The position numbers and the translations under genes were made by a program. A DNA stretch of 64,000 bases, from contig NIVC01000337.1 in the NCBI GenBank assembly GCA_002269645.1, positions 434,001 to 498,000 of the forward strand, written 5' to 3'. Positions within the stretch are counted from its first letter, which is position 1. Every line of letters begins with the position of its first letter. The notes under the pieces are model-generated. The model did no database searches and was not told the origin of the DNA. It worked only from the letters and a program-made list of their open reading frames with translations. The stretch comes from Macrostomum lignano (lineage: Eukaryota). Shown piece by piece: positions 1 through 14,185 of the stretch.

Positions 1-335
1 TAAAGATTTGGCGCTAATGAAAATTAAAGGTTTGGCGCTAATGACATTAAAGGTTTGATGCTAATGAAACTATTGATTTAGCGCCAATGACATTAATGAT
101 TTGGCGCTAATGACATTAAAGGTTTGGCGCTAATAACATTTAAGGTTTGGCGCTAATGAAATTAGTGATTTGGCGCTAATGACATTTAAAGATTTGGCGC
201 TAATAACATTAAAGATTTGGCGCTAATGAAAATTAAAGGTTTGGCGCTAATAACATTAAAGGTTTGGCGCTTATGATATTGAAGATCTGGCGCTAATGAT
301 ATTGAAGATCTGGCGCTGAAGATCTACTGAAGATC
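1..335. repeat. Minisatellite, ~23-25 bp unit (TTTGGCGCTAATGACATTAAAG), truncated by window start
   Basis: Tandem TTTGGCGCTAAT cores visible every ~24 bp. Confidence 0.9.
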
Positions 336-1249
336 TACTGATGTTTTTGGCGCCAAAACGCAAAGTTTTTTAGTCCAGCATCCGAGAGCATGCTGCTTCA
401 TCAACTCCCCCAGTCGGTGCCGATCAGTTTACCAATTTCCTGCCAGGAAAATTTCCTGGAAAACCGAAACCTTGAATACTAATCTATTTTTATCCCAGAT
501 CAGCATATTAACGCTAGGATCTTGCATGAAAAGTCTGGAAATGCAACACAGCCCCCCGCACCCCGCTGTCCACTCCGATGACCTCGGCTGTCCGGAGCCG
601 CTGTGAGGCGCGCGGGCAGTCGGGACTCGGGCTGGCTGACCAATCAATTCCCTCACCAGCGCTCTGCCTGGCTTCTCAACCTCCCCCAAGCTGCCACTTC
701 AGGCCAGTCAAGGCGCTCTCAGAGAAGTCTCAAGAGTCCCCCCCCGCCCGCTGACCAACTCAACTTGCTGGCTAAAACCGTGGGTTATTTTGGTGGGCCT
801 TTCGCCAACTGAATGCATTTGGGGGGGGGGGACTGAAGGATTGGAGGAAAACTTTCGCTTTTGCCAATTTTCTTCAACTTCTCCCTCACAGCAAGCACCT
901 GGGGGACGGTGAAGAGGGGGGCGGCGGCCTCTCCCGGCCACTCGAGGGTCCCCGGGGCCGGTGAAGTGCCTTCATTTGTTGCAGAAGTGTGGTCCTGGGC
1001 AGGCAGCAGCAGCAGCAGAGGGCGGGGGGACAAGAGACCCCCGCCCAGAAATTTGGCCACTTTGATAGCCAAGGGAGTTCGGGGCTGTTGACCCGCCCGC
1101 TTTCAAAATACTTGGGCGGCGGAAGTTTCAATATTTTCTGAGAAAATTGCCTTCCGGAGCGATTGGGCTGCTAATCTTTATTAGCCAGGACTGAAGATTT
1201 CCCAATGGCGGGGATGTCAATCATGCTAAGGGAAAGTTTGTTGCCAGAA

Positions 1250-1630
1250 GACACACAGATCATCAAGTCAGACGGACATGCCAGACACACAGACCATCAA
1301 GTCAGACGGACATGCCAGACACACAGACCATCAAGTCAGACGGACATCTCAGACACACAGAACATCAAGTCAGACGGACATGTCAGACACACAGACCATC
1401 AAGTCAGACGGACATGCCAGACACACAGAACATCAAGTCAGACGGACATGTCAGACACACAGATCATCAAGTCAGACGGACATGCCAGACACACAGACCA
1501 TCAAGTCAGACGGACATGCCAGACACACAGACCATCAAGTCAGACGGACATGCCAGACACACAGAACATCAAGTCAGACGGACATGCCAGACACACAGAA
1601 CATCAAGTCAGACGGACATGCCAGACACAG
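1250..1630. repeat. Minisatellite, 34 bp unit (ACACACAGACCATCAAGTCAGACGGACATGCCAG)
   Basis: About 11 tandem copies; they explain ORFs 1205..1927, 1278..1658 and 1312..1641. Confidence 0.95.
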
Positions 1631-2459
1631 TGTATTATTAAAGGGGATACCGCCGTGAGAAATCGGCCGATCAGAAATCGGGAACAAAATCCGAAATCCC
1701 GCACGCGGCAAATATTTGACCCCAGCCGGACCTCCGGCCTCGCGGCCTTGCATTTCCGATTGACTTCGCCAGCGAACCGCCAGCCCCGGCCACGTGCCCG
1801 ATGGCGGGCAGGAGGCTGGAGTGACACTCGCTGGCTGGCTTTCAGCGCACAAGACGAGCCCCCGCGCCCAGCTGCTGCAGGGCGATCGAAATTCTCCAAG
1901 CAGTCTGGGGGGGGGCGGAGCCGCTAATTGAGGCTGGCGACCCCCCCCCCTCACCAGAGAGCCGAAAAACAATGCAAATTAGGGGGGCTGAAGGCAAACA
2001 CTTCGCGACCTGCCAGTCAATGGCTAAAATGGGAGGCACAATGGGGATTACTCTGAGTAACTGGCGGGTCAGGCCACTCGATCAGATCCTGTTGGCAAAC
2101 AGTTAGAGACTGTTTTAGTGCCCTGGCCTGGACTGATTGACTGCGGAATCCCGAGCTCTAGAATCCATCATCATCAGCCAGCATTAATCCCCATCAGCGT
2201 GACGTGACACTCCAAATTGGCTCTGCTTTTGTGTCTCCTCCCATTTTCTGGTGCAATGGTAGGACAATCCAACTGCTGAGAACAATGGCCAGCCACCCGT
2301 GCCCAGATCGGGATTCATCGGGTGCTAATGGAGTTGTTGGGGGAAAAATCTGCTTTTTTTCAATCAGTCTATGGGATCGGTACAAATTTGGAGAATTTCA
2401 GCCATTAAATATATGGGATTGATTGGGAGTGATTTGCCCTGCACTGCAACTTGTACCGA

Positions 2460-4105
2460 TCTTATGGCTGTTGCAATCAGTTTATGTTTGTTGAAATCAA
2501 TTCATGGCTGCTGCAATCAATTTATGGCTGTTGCAATCAATATATTGCTGTTTCAATCAGTCTATGGGTGTTGCAATCAATCTATGGCTGTTGCAATCAG
2601 TCTATGGCTGTTGTAATCAGTCTATGGCTGTTGCAATCAGTCTATGGCTGTTGCAATCAGTCTATGGCTGTTGTAATCAGTCTATGGCTGTTGCAATCAA
2701 TCTATGGCTGTTGCAATCAGTCTATGGCTGTTGCAATCAGTCTATGGCTGTTGCAATCAGTCTATGGCTGTTGCAATCAATCTATGGCTGTTGTAATCAG
2801 TCTATGGCTGTTGCAATCAGTCTATGGCTGTTGCAATCAATCTATGGCTGTTGTAATCAGTCTATGGCTGTTGCAATCAATCTATGGCTGTTGTAATCAG
2901 TCTATGGCTGTTGCAATCAGTCTATGGCTGTTGCAATCAGTCTATGGCTGTTGCAATCAATCTATGGCTGTTGTAATCAGTCTATGGCTGTTGCAATCAA
3001 TCTATGGCTGTTGTAATCAGTCTATGGCTGTTGCAATCAGTCTATGGCTGTTGCAATCAGTCTATGGCTGTTGCAATCAATCTATGGCTGTTGTAATCAG
3101 TCTATGGCTGTTGCAATCAATCTATGGCTGTTGCAATCAGTCTATGGCTGTTGCAATCAGTCTATGGCTGTTGCAATCAATCTATGGCTGTTGTAATCAG
3201 TCTATGGCTGTTGCAATCAGTCTATGGCTGTTGCAATCAATCTATGGCTGTTGTAATCAGTCTATGGCTGTTGCAATCAGTCTATGGCTGTTGCAATCAA
3301 TCTATGGCTGTTGCAATTAATCTATGGCTGTTGCAATCAGTCTATGGCTGTTGCAATCAATCTATGGCTGTTGTAATCAGTCTATGGCTGTTGCAATCAG
3401 TCTATGGCTGTTGCAATCAATCTATGGCTGTTGCAATCAATCTATGGCTGTTGCAATCAATCTTTGGCTGTTGCAATCAATATATTGCTGTTTCAATCAG
3501 TCTATGGCTGTTGTAATTAGTCTATGGGTGTTGCAATCAGTCTATGGCTGTTGCAATCAATCTATGGCTGTTGCAATCAATCTTTGGCTGTTGCAATCAA
3601 TATATTGCTGTTTCAATCAGTCTATGGGTGTTGTAATTAGTCTATGGGTGTTGCAATCAGTCTATGGCTGTTGCAATCAATCTATGGCTGTTGCAATCAA
3701 TCTATGGCTGTTGCAATCAATCTATGGCTGTTGCAATCAATTTATGGCTGTTGTAATCAGTCTATGGCTGTTGCAATCAGTCTATGGCTGTTGCAATCAA
3801 TCTTTGGCTGTTGCAATCAATCTATGGCTGTTGCAATCAATCTATGGCTGTTGCAATCAATCTTTGGCTGTTGCAATCAATATATTGCTGTTTCAATCAG
3901 TCTATGGGTGTTGCAATTAGTCTATGGGTGTTGCAATCAGTCTATGGCTGTTGCAATCAATCTATGGCTGTTGCAATCAATCTATGGCTGTTGCAATCAA
4001 TCTATGGCTGTTGCAATTAATCTATGGCTGTTGCAATCAATCTATGGCTGTTGCAATCAGTCTATGGCTGTTGCAATCAATTTATGGCTGTTGCAATCAG
4101 TCTAC
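2460..4105. repeat. Minisatellite, 20 bp unit (TCTATGGCTGTTGCAATCAR)
   Basis: About 80 tandem copies with recurring variants. Confidence 0.97.
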
Positions 4106-5019
4106 GGGTGTTGGAACTATTTTCTGAATGCTTTATCCTAATATCTCATTAGAACTTTGGTAGCAGTTGGCACTAAAAAACAAAGCAATCATGAATATCA
4201 TATTTCTGCGCCGAAAACTCTGAAACAAACTCCACCCAAACCCGGGAAAAAGAAGATATTCTATTGGGAAGCAAAGAAGGCTGTCTCCCCAGAAAGCAGC
4301 AAGGAAAATCCCGCCCGATGAGCTGCATGGGAACCCCGTCAGTGCCGGGCGCCAGCAGTTGGGGGGGGGGAGTCTCGTATCCGAAATCAAAATGGAAGAA
4401 GTTGGAAAAAAATCCCCATAAGCGAAAGGCAATGGGAGACCCCCGCACAACTAAGAAACAATATTAAGTCGGTAGACGGTTCCTGTATTTTTGGGGAAGA
4501 CAAAAAAAGCTGAATCCCATTTGCGAGTAGACCGGGGACTGGGAGCCTCCCCCGGACCGTCAGCTGGAGGCGCGCAGGCCGGCTGTGGGAGAAAAGGGAA
4601 TACGGGAGCACGGCCGCTGCCCGATGTGTTTAAAAACTGACAGCCCCACCCCCCCCCTGCTCAAAAAGCAGCAGGCGGACTCGCTACCCACTTTCTCAAT
4701 TTCTTTCTTTCATTGTGTCGAAGAGCCCCCCGTTACTGAGCCCCGAAGGCCCTCCGTCGCTAAGCGCTGACTGGCCTTCGAGACTTGGAGTGTCCACTTG
4801 AACACTTCTCAACAGCGCCGGGAGGGTGCACCGCGCCCGGCTCGAAGTTCTCGAAGTGGACAGAGAAAAAGTCGAGTCTCCGGGGGAGTCGGGCCGGGGA
4901 GGTGACTGACTGGGGGCTCCATGGCACCTGGAGCTGCTCAACTTGAGTCCAAATTTGAAGCAACTGCGGCTTGCTTGAGGCTGCAATCTCTGTAAAATTA
5001 TTCCCTTCTAGCAGCCTGG

Positions 5020-5360
5020 GTTATCCGATCTCCCCCTCTCCATCCCAAATCTCACCCTCTCTATCCCCAATCTCATCCTCTCTATCCCCAATCTCACCCT
5101 CTCTATCCCCAATCTCATCCTCTCTATCCCCAATCTCACCCTCTCTATCCCCAATCTCATCCTCTCCATCCCAAATCTCATCCTCTCTATCCCCAATCTC
5201 ACCCTCTCTATCCCCAATCTCATCCTCTCAATCCCTAATCTCACCCTCTCCATCCCCAATCACATCCTCTCAATCCCTAATCTCACCCTCTCCATCCCCA
5301 ATCTCATCCTCTCAATCCCTAATCTCACCCTCTCCATCCCCGATCTCATTCTCTCAATCT
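5020..5360. repeat. Pyrimidine-rich minisatellite, 21 bp unit (TCTCTATCCCCAATCTCAYCC)
   Basis: Tandem copies; source of the SPISSSL and RLGIERM repeat ORFs. Confidence 0.9.
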
Positions 5361-6119
5361 TCAACTCACCCAATCTACTATCTTATCTCTCTCGCAAATG
5401 TTTAATCTTATTCTCTATATTCTCTATTCTTACCCTCTTTATCCCCCCAATCTGATCATTCTCTATCTTGCAGTCTATAAATTTTCTCAATTCTCTCATC
5501 TCCTCGATCTTTCCTATCTACTGGTAATTTCCCGACTTCCAAACATCGCCACTCAGTGATCTACAGATAATCTCACCTTCTTGATAATCCACTCCGCCTT
5601 CTCCATCATTTAACGTCAGTTTCGGTGAGCAGTTCAATAATCAGCACCCGCGCCCCGCCCAGCAGTTATTAAATGTCTCTAAGATCGCCCGGCCACCTGT
5701 CCGGGATGACCCTGTCTCAACCTAAATTGATTTCTCGGTCGAGCGGACACCCGATGAGAGCCGGCAGGCCAGAATCCCGAAAAGCCAAACATGTGTTTTT
5801 TGCATGACGGGCCGCGGAAATTCATCAGCATGCATAGCTGAGCAGGGGATGAGGAAGGAAGGCACCGAGAGGGCGAAATCGGAGACCTGGCCGGCTCTCA
5901 GCAGCCACTTGCTGGCCTTGCGAAACCAACACATTTATTTTGCCTCCGCGAGGCCTCTTCCATTGCTGGCGTGAATTATTAATATTGAAACATGAGGGTT
6001 GAGCCTCTGGGTCTGAAATTAAATACGACTGCAATAATTCCGGATGGAGCTGGGCAGGTGCGTCTGCCGATTGTCAAGAGGCTGGGAGGGGAACTCATTT
6101 GTAGGAATAAATTGAAAAC

Positions 6120-7900
6120 AGTTGATCCTGAGTGATTCCGAAGCTGATCCTGAATGACTCCGAAATTGATTCTGAATGACTCCAAAACTGATCCTGACTG
6201 ACTCCGAAACTGATCCTGAATGACTCCGAAATTGATTCTGAATGACTCCAAAACTGATCCTGAGTGATTCCGAAATTGATTCTGAATGACCCCGAAACTG
6301 ATCCTGAATGACTCCGAAACTGATCCTGAATGACTCCGAAACTGATTCTGACTGACTCCGAAACTGATCCTGACTGACTCCGAAACTGATCCTGACTGAC
6401 TCCGAAACTGATCCTGAATGACTCCGAAACTGATCCTGAATGACTCCGAAACTGATCCTGAGTGATTCCGAAATTGATTCTGAATGACCCCGAAACTGAT
6501 CCTGAATGACTCCGAAACTGATCCTGAATGACTGCGAAACTAATCCTGAATGACTCCGAAACTGATCCTGAATGACTCCGAAATTGATCCTGAGTGATTC
6601 TGAAACTGATCCTGAATGACTCCGAAACTGATCCTGAATGACTCCGAAACTGATTCTGAATGACTCCGAAACTGATCCTGAATGACTCCGAAACTGATTC
6701 TGAATGACTCCGAAACTGATCCTGAATGACTCCGAAACTGATTCTGAATGACTCCGAAACTGATCCTGAATGACTCCGAAACTGATCCTGAATGACTCCG
6801 AAACTGATCCTGAGTGATTCCGAAACTGATTCTAAATGACTCCGAAACTGATTCTGAATGACTCCGAAACTGATTCTGAATGACTCCGAAACTGATTCTG
6901 AATGACTCCGAAACTGATCCTGAATGACTCCGAAACTGATCCTGACTGACTCCGAAACTGATCCTGAATGACTCCGAAACTGATCCTGAATGACTCCGAA
7001 ACTGATCCTGAGTGATTCCGAAACTGATCCTGAATGACTCCGAAACTGATTCTGAATGACTCCGAAATTGATTCTGAATGACTCCGAAACTGATCCTGAA
7101 TGACTCCGAAACTAATCCTGAATGACTCCGAAACTGATCCTGAATGACTCCGAAACTGATCCTGAGTGATTCTGAAACTGATTTTGAATGACTCCGAAAC
7201 TGATTCTGAATGACTCCGAAATTGATTCTGAATGACTCCGAAACTGATCCTGAATGACTCCGAAACTAATCCTGAATGACTCCGAAACTGATCCTGAATG
7301 ACTCCGAAATTGATCCTGAGTGATTCTGAAACTGATCCTGAATGACTCCGAAACTGATCCTGAATGACTCCGAAACTGATTCTGAATGACTCCGAAACTG
7401 ATCCTGAATGACTCCGAAACTGATTCTGAATGACTCCGAAACTGATCCTGAATGACTCCAAAACTAATTCTGAATGACTCCGAAACTGATCCTGAATGAC
7501 TCCGAAACTGATTCTGAATGACTCCGAAACTGATCCTGAGTGATTCCGAAACTGATTCTAAATGACTCCGAAACTGATTCTGAATGACTCCGAAACTGAT
7601 TCTGAATGACTCCGAAACTGATCCTGAATGACTCCGAAACTGATCCTGAATGACTCCGAAACTGATTCTGAATGACTCCGAAACTGATTCTGAATGACTC
7701 CGAAACTGATTCTGAATGACTCCGAATCTGATTCTGAATGACTCCGAAACTGATCCTGAATGACTCCGAAACTGATCCTGAATGACTCCGAAACTGATCC
7801 TGAATGACTCCGAAACTGATTCTGAATGACTCCGAATCTGATTCTGAATGACTCCGAAACTGATCCTGAGTGATTCCGAAACTGATCCTGAATGACTCCG
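6120..7900. repeat. Minisatellite, 22 bp unit (GAAACTGATYCTGAATGACTCC)
   Basis: About 80 tandem copies. Confidence 0.97.
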
Positions 7901-8604
7901 AAACGAACTCCAAGAAAAATCAGTGTAAAAACTCATATTTTACAATCTCTAATCTAATCATTTTGAATCAATTAAAAATGCATAACCCCACAGAACAATA
8001 TCCAGCCAAGCACTTCCGCTCCCCAGAAGAGGCCCGGGCCTCTCAAAGCTCTCGAACTGTCAGTTGCCTCCATTCGATCTAAAAGCCGAAAGCAGCTCAA
8101 AAAAGGTTGAGAAGCCGACTAAAGCCGCTCTTCCTCGACTCCTCTCCACCCTCCATTTTCTTTTCTCTTTTACTCAAAGCAGCCGGCCTGTCCGAGCTGA
8201 TTTGGCCGGGGAGAGTTGAGCTTGAAAGATTGAGAGGCCTCGGCCGAGAGCTGAAGCACCTCCTCCAGCATCCGCACCCCAGCCATTGACTCATTAGCAA
8301 CTCTGCCAGTTCCATGCCGGCCTCCCGGCCTCGACTCAATTGCCCCCCCCCCGCCTCAATCCGAGCCGCGCTCTCATCCTTTGTCCGTCTTTGAGCAGGC
8401 ACTTGTCCTTCTGCTCCCGCCCGGAGCTGAACTGCCACGCTCCGAGGTTCGCCCTGCATCCACCTGCTCAAACTGGCCTGCCTGCTCTTTGCAATATTTA
8501 TACCTTTTAGTCTTCGAACTTGACAAAGTCGTGACTTGAAATTTGGTCGAATAGTTGAGCTGGATGTAAAATGCGTTCGAAAAATAGCCTCGCGCCTGCT
8601 GAGA

Positions 8605-9480
8605 TGATTCTGAGTGATTCCGAAACTGATTCTGGGTGATTCCGAAACTGATTCTGGGTGATTCCGAAACTGATTCTGAGTGATTCCGAAACTGATTCTG
8701 AGTGATTCCGAAACTGATTCTGGGTGATTCCGAACCTGATTCTGGGTGATTCCGAAAATTATTCTGAGTGATTCCGAATTGATTCTGAATAATTCCGAAA
8801 CTGATTCTGGGTGATTCTGAATAATCCCGAAACTGATTCTGGGTGATTCTGAGTGATTCCGAATCTGATTCTGGGTGATTCCGAAAATGATTCTGAGTGA
8901 TTCCGAATTGATTCTGAATAATTCCGAAACTGATTCTGGGTGATTCTGAATAATCCCGAAACTGATTCTGGGTGATTCTGAGTGATTCCGAATCTGATTC
9001 TGGGTGATTCCGAAAATGATTCTGAGTGATTCCGAATTGATTCTGAATAATCCCGAAACTGATTCTGGGTGATTCTGAGTGATTCCGAAACTGATTCTGA
9101 GTGATTCAGAAACTGATTCTGGGTGATTCCGAACCTGATTCTGGGTGATTCCGAAAATGATTCTGAGTGATTCCGAATTGATTCTGAATAATTCCGAAAC
9201 TGATTCTGGGTGATTCTGAATAATCCCGAAACTGATTCTGGGTGATTCTGAGTGATTCCGAATCTGATTCTGGGTGATTCCGAAAATGATTCTGAGTGAT
9301 TCCGAATTGATTCTGAATAATTCCAAAACTGATTCTGGGTGATTCTGAATAATTCCGAAACTAATTCTGAATTACACCGAAACTGGTTCTGGGTGATTCT
9401 GAGTGATTCCGAAACTGAATCTGAACGATTCCAAAGCTGATTCTAATTTTGAATCACTTCGAAATTAGAAACAGATTCTG
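8605..9480. repeat. Minisatellite, 22 bp variant (GAAACTGATTCTGRGTGATTCC) related to the 6120-7900 array, with higher-order blocks
   Basis: Shares the GAAACTGAT..TG..TGA.TCC skeleton in the same orientation. Confidence 0.93.
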
Positions 9481-9884
9481 AGTAATTTTTAGTGATATCT
9501 TGCCAAGCTTTTTAGTAAAAAAACTGGGAGAGGCTCACTTCCATGGCTTCTGTGTTCTCTGCCTGAGTTCTTTGGAAAGCCATCAAACTGCAAATAACTT
9601 TCACCAGTCCAGTTTCTGGACACTGCGACACCACACGTCAGCACCGACTTTGTCCCGTTGTTAGAACAAGTTCCCAACTTTTTATGCCATTTAAACAAAG
9701 GAGAATTCACAAGAACACCGGGGCTGCAGGGCCAAATAAGCGAGCAAGTTGGGGCTGCGTACGGCGGCACTTCAGGGCCGAGAGTGGGGCCGGCGCCGCG
9801 TGCTAGACAAGGCTGGACTCGAGCCTGCTTGTCAGCGGCACTGCCCGACTGTGCTTGGGATGCCGGCTTTGTGCAGCTGGGTGC

Positions 9885-10905
9885 TCAACTGAGGATCTGG
9901 GAGGCTGGCTCAGCAACTGACACTCTGGGAGGCTGGCTCAGCAACTGAGGATCTGGGAGGCTGGCTCAGCAACTGACACTCTGGGAGGCTGGCTCAGCAA
10001 CTGAGGATCTGGGAGGCTGGCTCAGCAACTGACACTCTGGGAGGCTGGCTCAGCAACTGAGGATCTGGGAGGCTGGCTCAGCAACTGACACTCTGGGAGG
10101 CTGGCTCAGCAACTGACACTCTGGGAGGCTGGCTCAGCAACTGAGGATCTGGGAGGCTGGCTCAGCAACTGACACTCTGGGAGGCTGGCTCAGCAACTGA
10201 GGATCTGGGAGGCTGGCTCAGCAACTGAGGATCTGGAAGGCTGGCTCAGCAACTGAGGATCTGGAAGGCTGGCTCAGCAACTGAGGATCTGGGAGGGCGG
10301 CGGTGGCCCAGCAGCTGAGGATCTGGGAGGCTGGCTCAGCAACTGACACTCTGGGAGGCTGGCTCAGCAACTGACACTCTGGGAGGCTGGCTCAGCAACT
10401 GACACTCTGGGAGGCTGGCTCAGCAACTGACACTCTGGGAGGCTGGCTCAGCAACTGACACTCTGGGAGGCTGGCTCAGCAACTGACACTCTGGGAGGCT
10501 GGCTCAGCAACTGACACTCTGGGAGGCTGGCTCAGCAACTGAGGATCTGGGAGGCTGGCTCAGCAACTGAGGATCTGGGAGGCTGGCTCAGCAACTGAGG
10601 ATCTGGGAGGCTGGCTCAGCAACTGAGGATCTGGGAGGCTGGCTCAGCAACTGAGGATCTGGGAGGCTGGCTCAGCAACTGACACTCTGGGAGGCTGGCA
10701 TAGCAGCTGAGGATCTGGGAGGCTGGCTCAGCAACTGACACTCTAGGAGGCTGGCTCAGCAACTGAGGATCTGGGAGGCTGGCCCAGCAACTGAGGATCT
10801 GGGAGGCTGGCCCAGCAATTGAGGATCTGGGAGGCTGGTCCAGCAACTGAGGATGTGGGAAGCTGGCCCAGCAACTGAGGATCTGGGAGGCTGGCTCAGC
10901 AACTG
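9885..10905. repeat. Minisatellite A, 28 bp unit (GGAGGCTGGCTCAGCAACTGAGGATCTG, with a GACACTCTG variant)
   Basis: About 36 tandem copies; same family recurs at 16365-17105. Confidence 0.97.
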
Positions 10906-11849
10906 CAGCTCCAGCAACTGCTACACACTTGAATCTAGCAGCCTACTAACAGCAGTAAGCCAACGGATTGAGAAAGCAGAAACCGAGCCGGAACTCAAAA
11001 GAAATTCCCAAGGCAGGAAGGAAGACAAAAAACCCACTGGGACGGCCATAGATTGATTGCAGTGAATTGCGACTCAAAGCAGCGGGGGTCCGTAAACCTC
11101 AGAGATACCCCTGGCGGGGGCGGCCCACCTGGACAGGAAAATAGCAACCAATTAAGATGAGCAATAAGAGAGCTGCGGGGGAGGGGGAGAGGGTTAGAGC
11201 CAGGCCGTTACCAGGCCGTTGCCAAGGCGGTTGCCGACTGCAGCTGCGGTCGCGTAATGATCACATCGCATTGCCGCAGTTGGCAGGCCATGTGGAAGGC
11301 CGGGGGACTCAAGTGGGCGGGTCGCCAAGGCCGATGGGGGGGGTTCCCCGAGCTCGATTCGATAGATCTGATTGCCAGCCTATTGTTCTCAACAACAACT
11401 GGCCCAGATGATGACATCTGGCCAGTCTGCATCCAGTGGATTGTCAGGCACGAACTCAATCTACAGTTGATTAGAAACCGTTTACAACAAACTGCTTGGA
11501 TATTCGATTGCCGGCCCACTTCACAGATTTAATTACGCGAGCGTTGAGGACCCTTGATCGGAATCTGGGTCAGCCGGGACTCTCGCAGCTACATGTAAAT
11601 TGATTTACAGAATGCATAAATCATAACTGCAGCGATCTGTCAATCAGTGTGCACTGGGATGTCATTTGTCACACGCGGCTTCAATAAAGAAAATAAAAAA
11701 ATCCAGATAAAAAAGTCAGTCAAATGCCAAAAATTTTGCTGTGGAACAGAGCCTGCATATCAATTTGATCAACCCGGTCCCATCTGACTTTATGATTATT
11801 AATTTGCCAGTGAAAGGAAAAAGTGGAACAACTGTCAATTAATTCCACT

Positions 11850-14185
11850 CACTCCCCAGCAATTCAAGTCACTCCCCAGCAATCCCAGTCACTCCCCAGC
11901 AATCCCAGTCACTCCCCAGCAATCCCAGTCACTCCCCAGAAATTCCAGTCACTCCCCAGCAATCCCAGTCACTCCCCAGCAATCCCAGTCACTCCTCAGC
12001 ATCCCAGTCACTTCTCACCAATCCCAGTCACTCTCATCAATCCCAGTCACTTCCCAGCAATCCCAGTCACTCCCCAGCAATCCCAGTCACTCCCCAGCAA
12101 TCCCAGTCACTCCCCAGCAATTCCAGTCACTCCCCAGAAATCCCAGTCACTCCCCAGCAATCCCAGTCACTCCCCAGCAATCCCAGTCACCCCCCCAGCA
12201 ATCCCAGTCACTCCCCAGCAATCCCAGTCACTCCCCAGCAATCCCAGTCACTCCCCAGCAATCCCAGTCACTCCCCAGCAATCCCAGTCACTCCCCAGAA
12301 ATTCCAGTCACTCCCCAGCAATCCCAGTCACTCCCCAGCAATCCCAGTCACTCCCCAGCAATCCCAGTCACTCCCAAGCAATCCCAGTCACTCCTCAGCA
12401 TCCCAGTCACTTCTCACCAATCCCAGTCACTCTCATCAATCCCAGTCACTTCCCAGCAATCCCAGTCACTCCCCAGCAATCCCAGTCACTCCCCAGCAAT
12501 CCCAGTCACTCCCCAGCAATCCCAGTCACTCCCCAGCAATCCCAGTCACTCCCCAGCAATCCCAGCCACTCCCCAGCAATCCCAGTCACTCCCCAGCAAT
12601 CCCAGTCACTCCTCACCAATCCCAGTCACTCCCCAGCAATCCCAGTCACTCCCCAGCAATTCCAGTCACTCCCCAGAAATCCCAGTCACTCCCCAGCAAT
12701 CCCAGTCACTCCCCAGCAATCCCAGTCACTCCCCAGCAATCCCAGTCACTCCCCAGCAATCCCAGTCACTCCCCAGCAATCCCAGTCACTCCCCAGAAAT
12801 TCCAGTCACTCCCCAGCAATCCCAGTCACTCCCCAGCAATCCCAGTCACTCCCCAGCAATCCCAGTCACTCCCCAGCAATCCCAGTCACTCCCAAGCAAT
12901 CCCAGTCACTCCTCAGCATCCCAGTCACTTCTCACCAATCCCAGTCACTCTCATCAATCCCAGTCACTTCCCAGCAATCCCAGTCACTCCCCAGCAATCC
13001 CAGTCACTCCCCAGCAATCCCAGTCACTCCCCAGCAATCCCAGTCACTCCCCAGCAATCCCAGCCACTCCCCAGCAATCCCAGTCACTCCCCAGAAATTC
13101 CAGTCACTCCCCAGCAATCCCAGTCACTCCCCAGCAATCCCAGTCACTCCCCAGCAATCCCAGTCACTCCCCAGCAATCCCAGTCACTCCCAAGCAATCC
13201 CAGTCACTCCTCAGCATCCCAGTCACTTCTCACCAATCCCAGTCACTCTCATCAATCCCAGTCACTTCCCAGCAATCCCAGTCACTCCCCAGCAATCCCA
13301 GTCACTCCCCAGCAATCCAGTCACTCCCCAGCAATCCCAGTCACTCCCCAGCAATCCCAGCCACTCCCAGCAATCCCAGTCACTCCCAGAAATTCCAGTC
13401 ACTCCCCAGCAATCCCAGTCACTCCCCAGCAATCCCAGTCACTCCCAGCAATCCCAGTCACTCCCCAGCAATCCCAGTCACTCCCAAGCAATCCCAGTCA
13501 CTCCTCAGCATCCCAGTCACTTCTCACCAATCCCAGTCACTCTCATCAATCCCAGTCACTTCCCAGCAATCCCAGTCACTCCCCAGCAATCCCAGTCACT
13601 CCCCAGCAATCCCAGTCACTCCCCAGCAATCCCAGTCACTCCCCAGCAATCCCAGCCACTCCCCAGCAATCCCAGTCACTCCCCAGCAATCCCAGTCACT
13701 CCTCACCAATCCCAGTCACTCCCCAGCAATCCCAGTCACTCCCCAGCAATCCCAGTCACTCCCCAGAAATCCCAGTCACTCCCCAGCAATCCCAGTCACT
13801 CCCCAGCAATCCCAGTCACTCCCCAGCAATCCCAGTCACTCCCAAGCAATCCCAGTCACTCCTCAGCATCCCAGTCACTTCTCACCAATCCCAGTCACTC
13901 TCATCAATCCCAGTCACTTCCCAGCAATCCCAGTCACTCCTCAGCAATCCCAGTCACTCCCCAGCAATCCCAGTCACTCCCAAGCAATCCCAGTCACTCC
14001 CAAGCAATCCCAGTCACTCCCCAGCAATCCCAGCCACTCCCCAGCAATCCCAGTCACTCCCCAGCAATCCCAGTCACTCCCCAGCAATCCCAGTCACTCC
14101 TCACCAATCCCAGTCACTCCTCAGCAATCCCAGTCACTCCCCAGCAATCCCAGTCACTCCCCAGCAATCCCACTCACTCCTCACC
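11850..14185. repeat. Minisatellite B, 20 bp unit (CTCCCCAGCAATCCCAGTCA)
   Basis: Over 100 copies; produces the spurious 811 aa ORF; same family recurs at 17430-18050. Confidence 0.98.

Noticed and set aside
2451-9326. Long repeat ORFs (CCNQSMAVA, SESFRISFG types)
   Set aside because: Products of 20 and 22 bp arrays, open in several frames at once.
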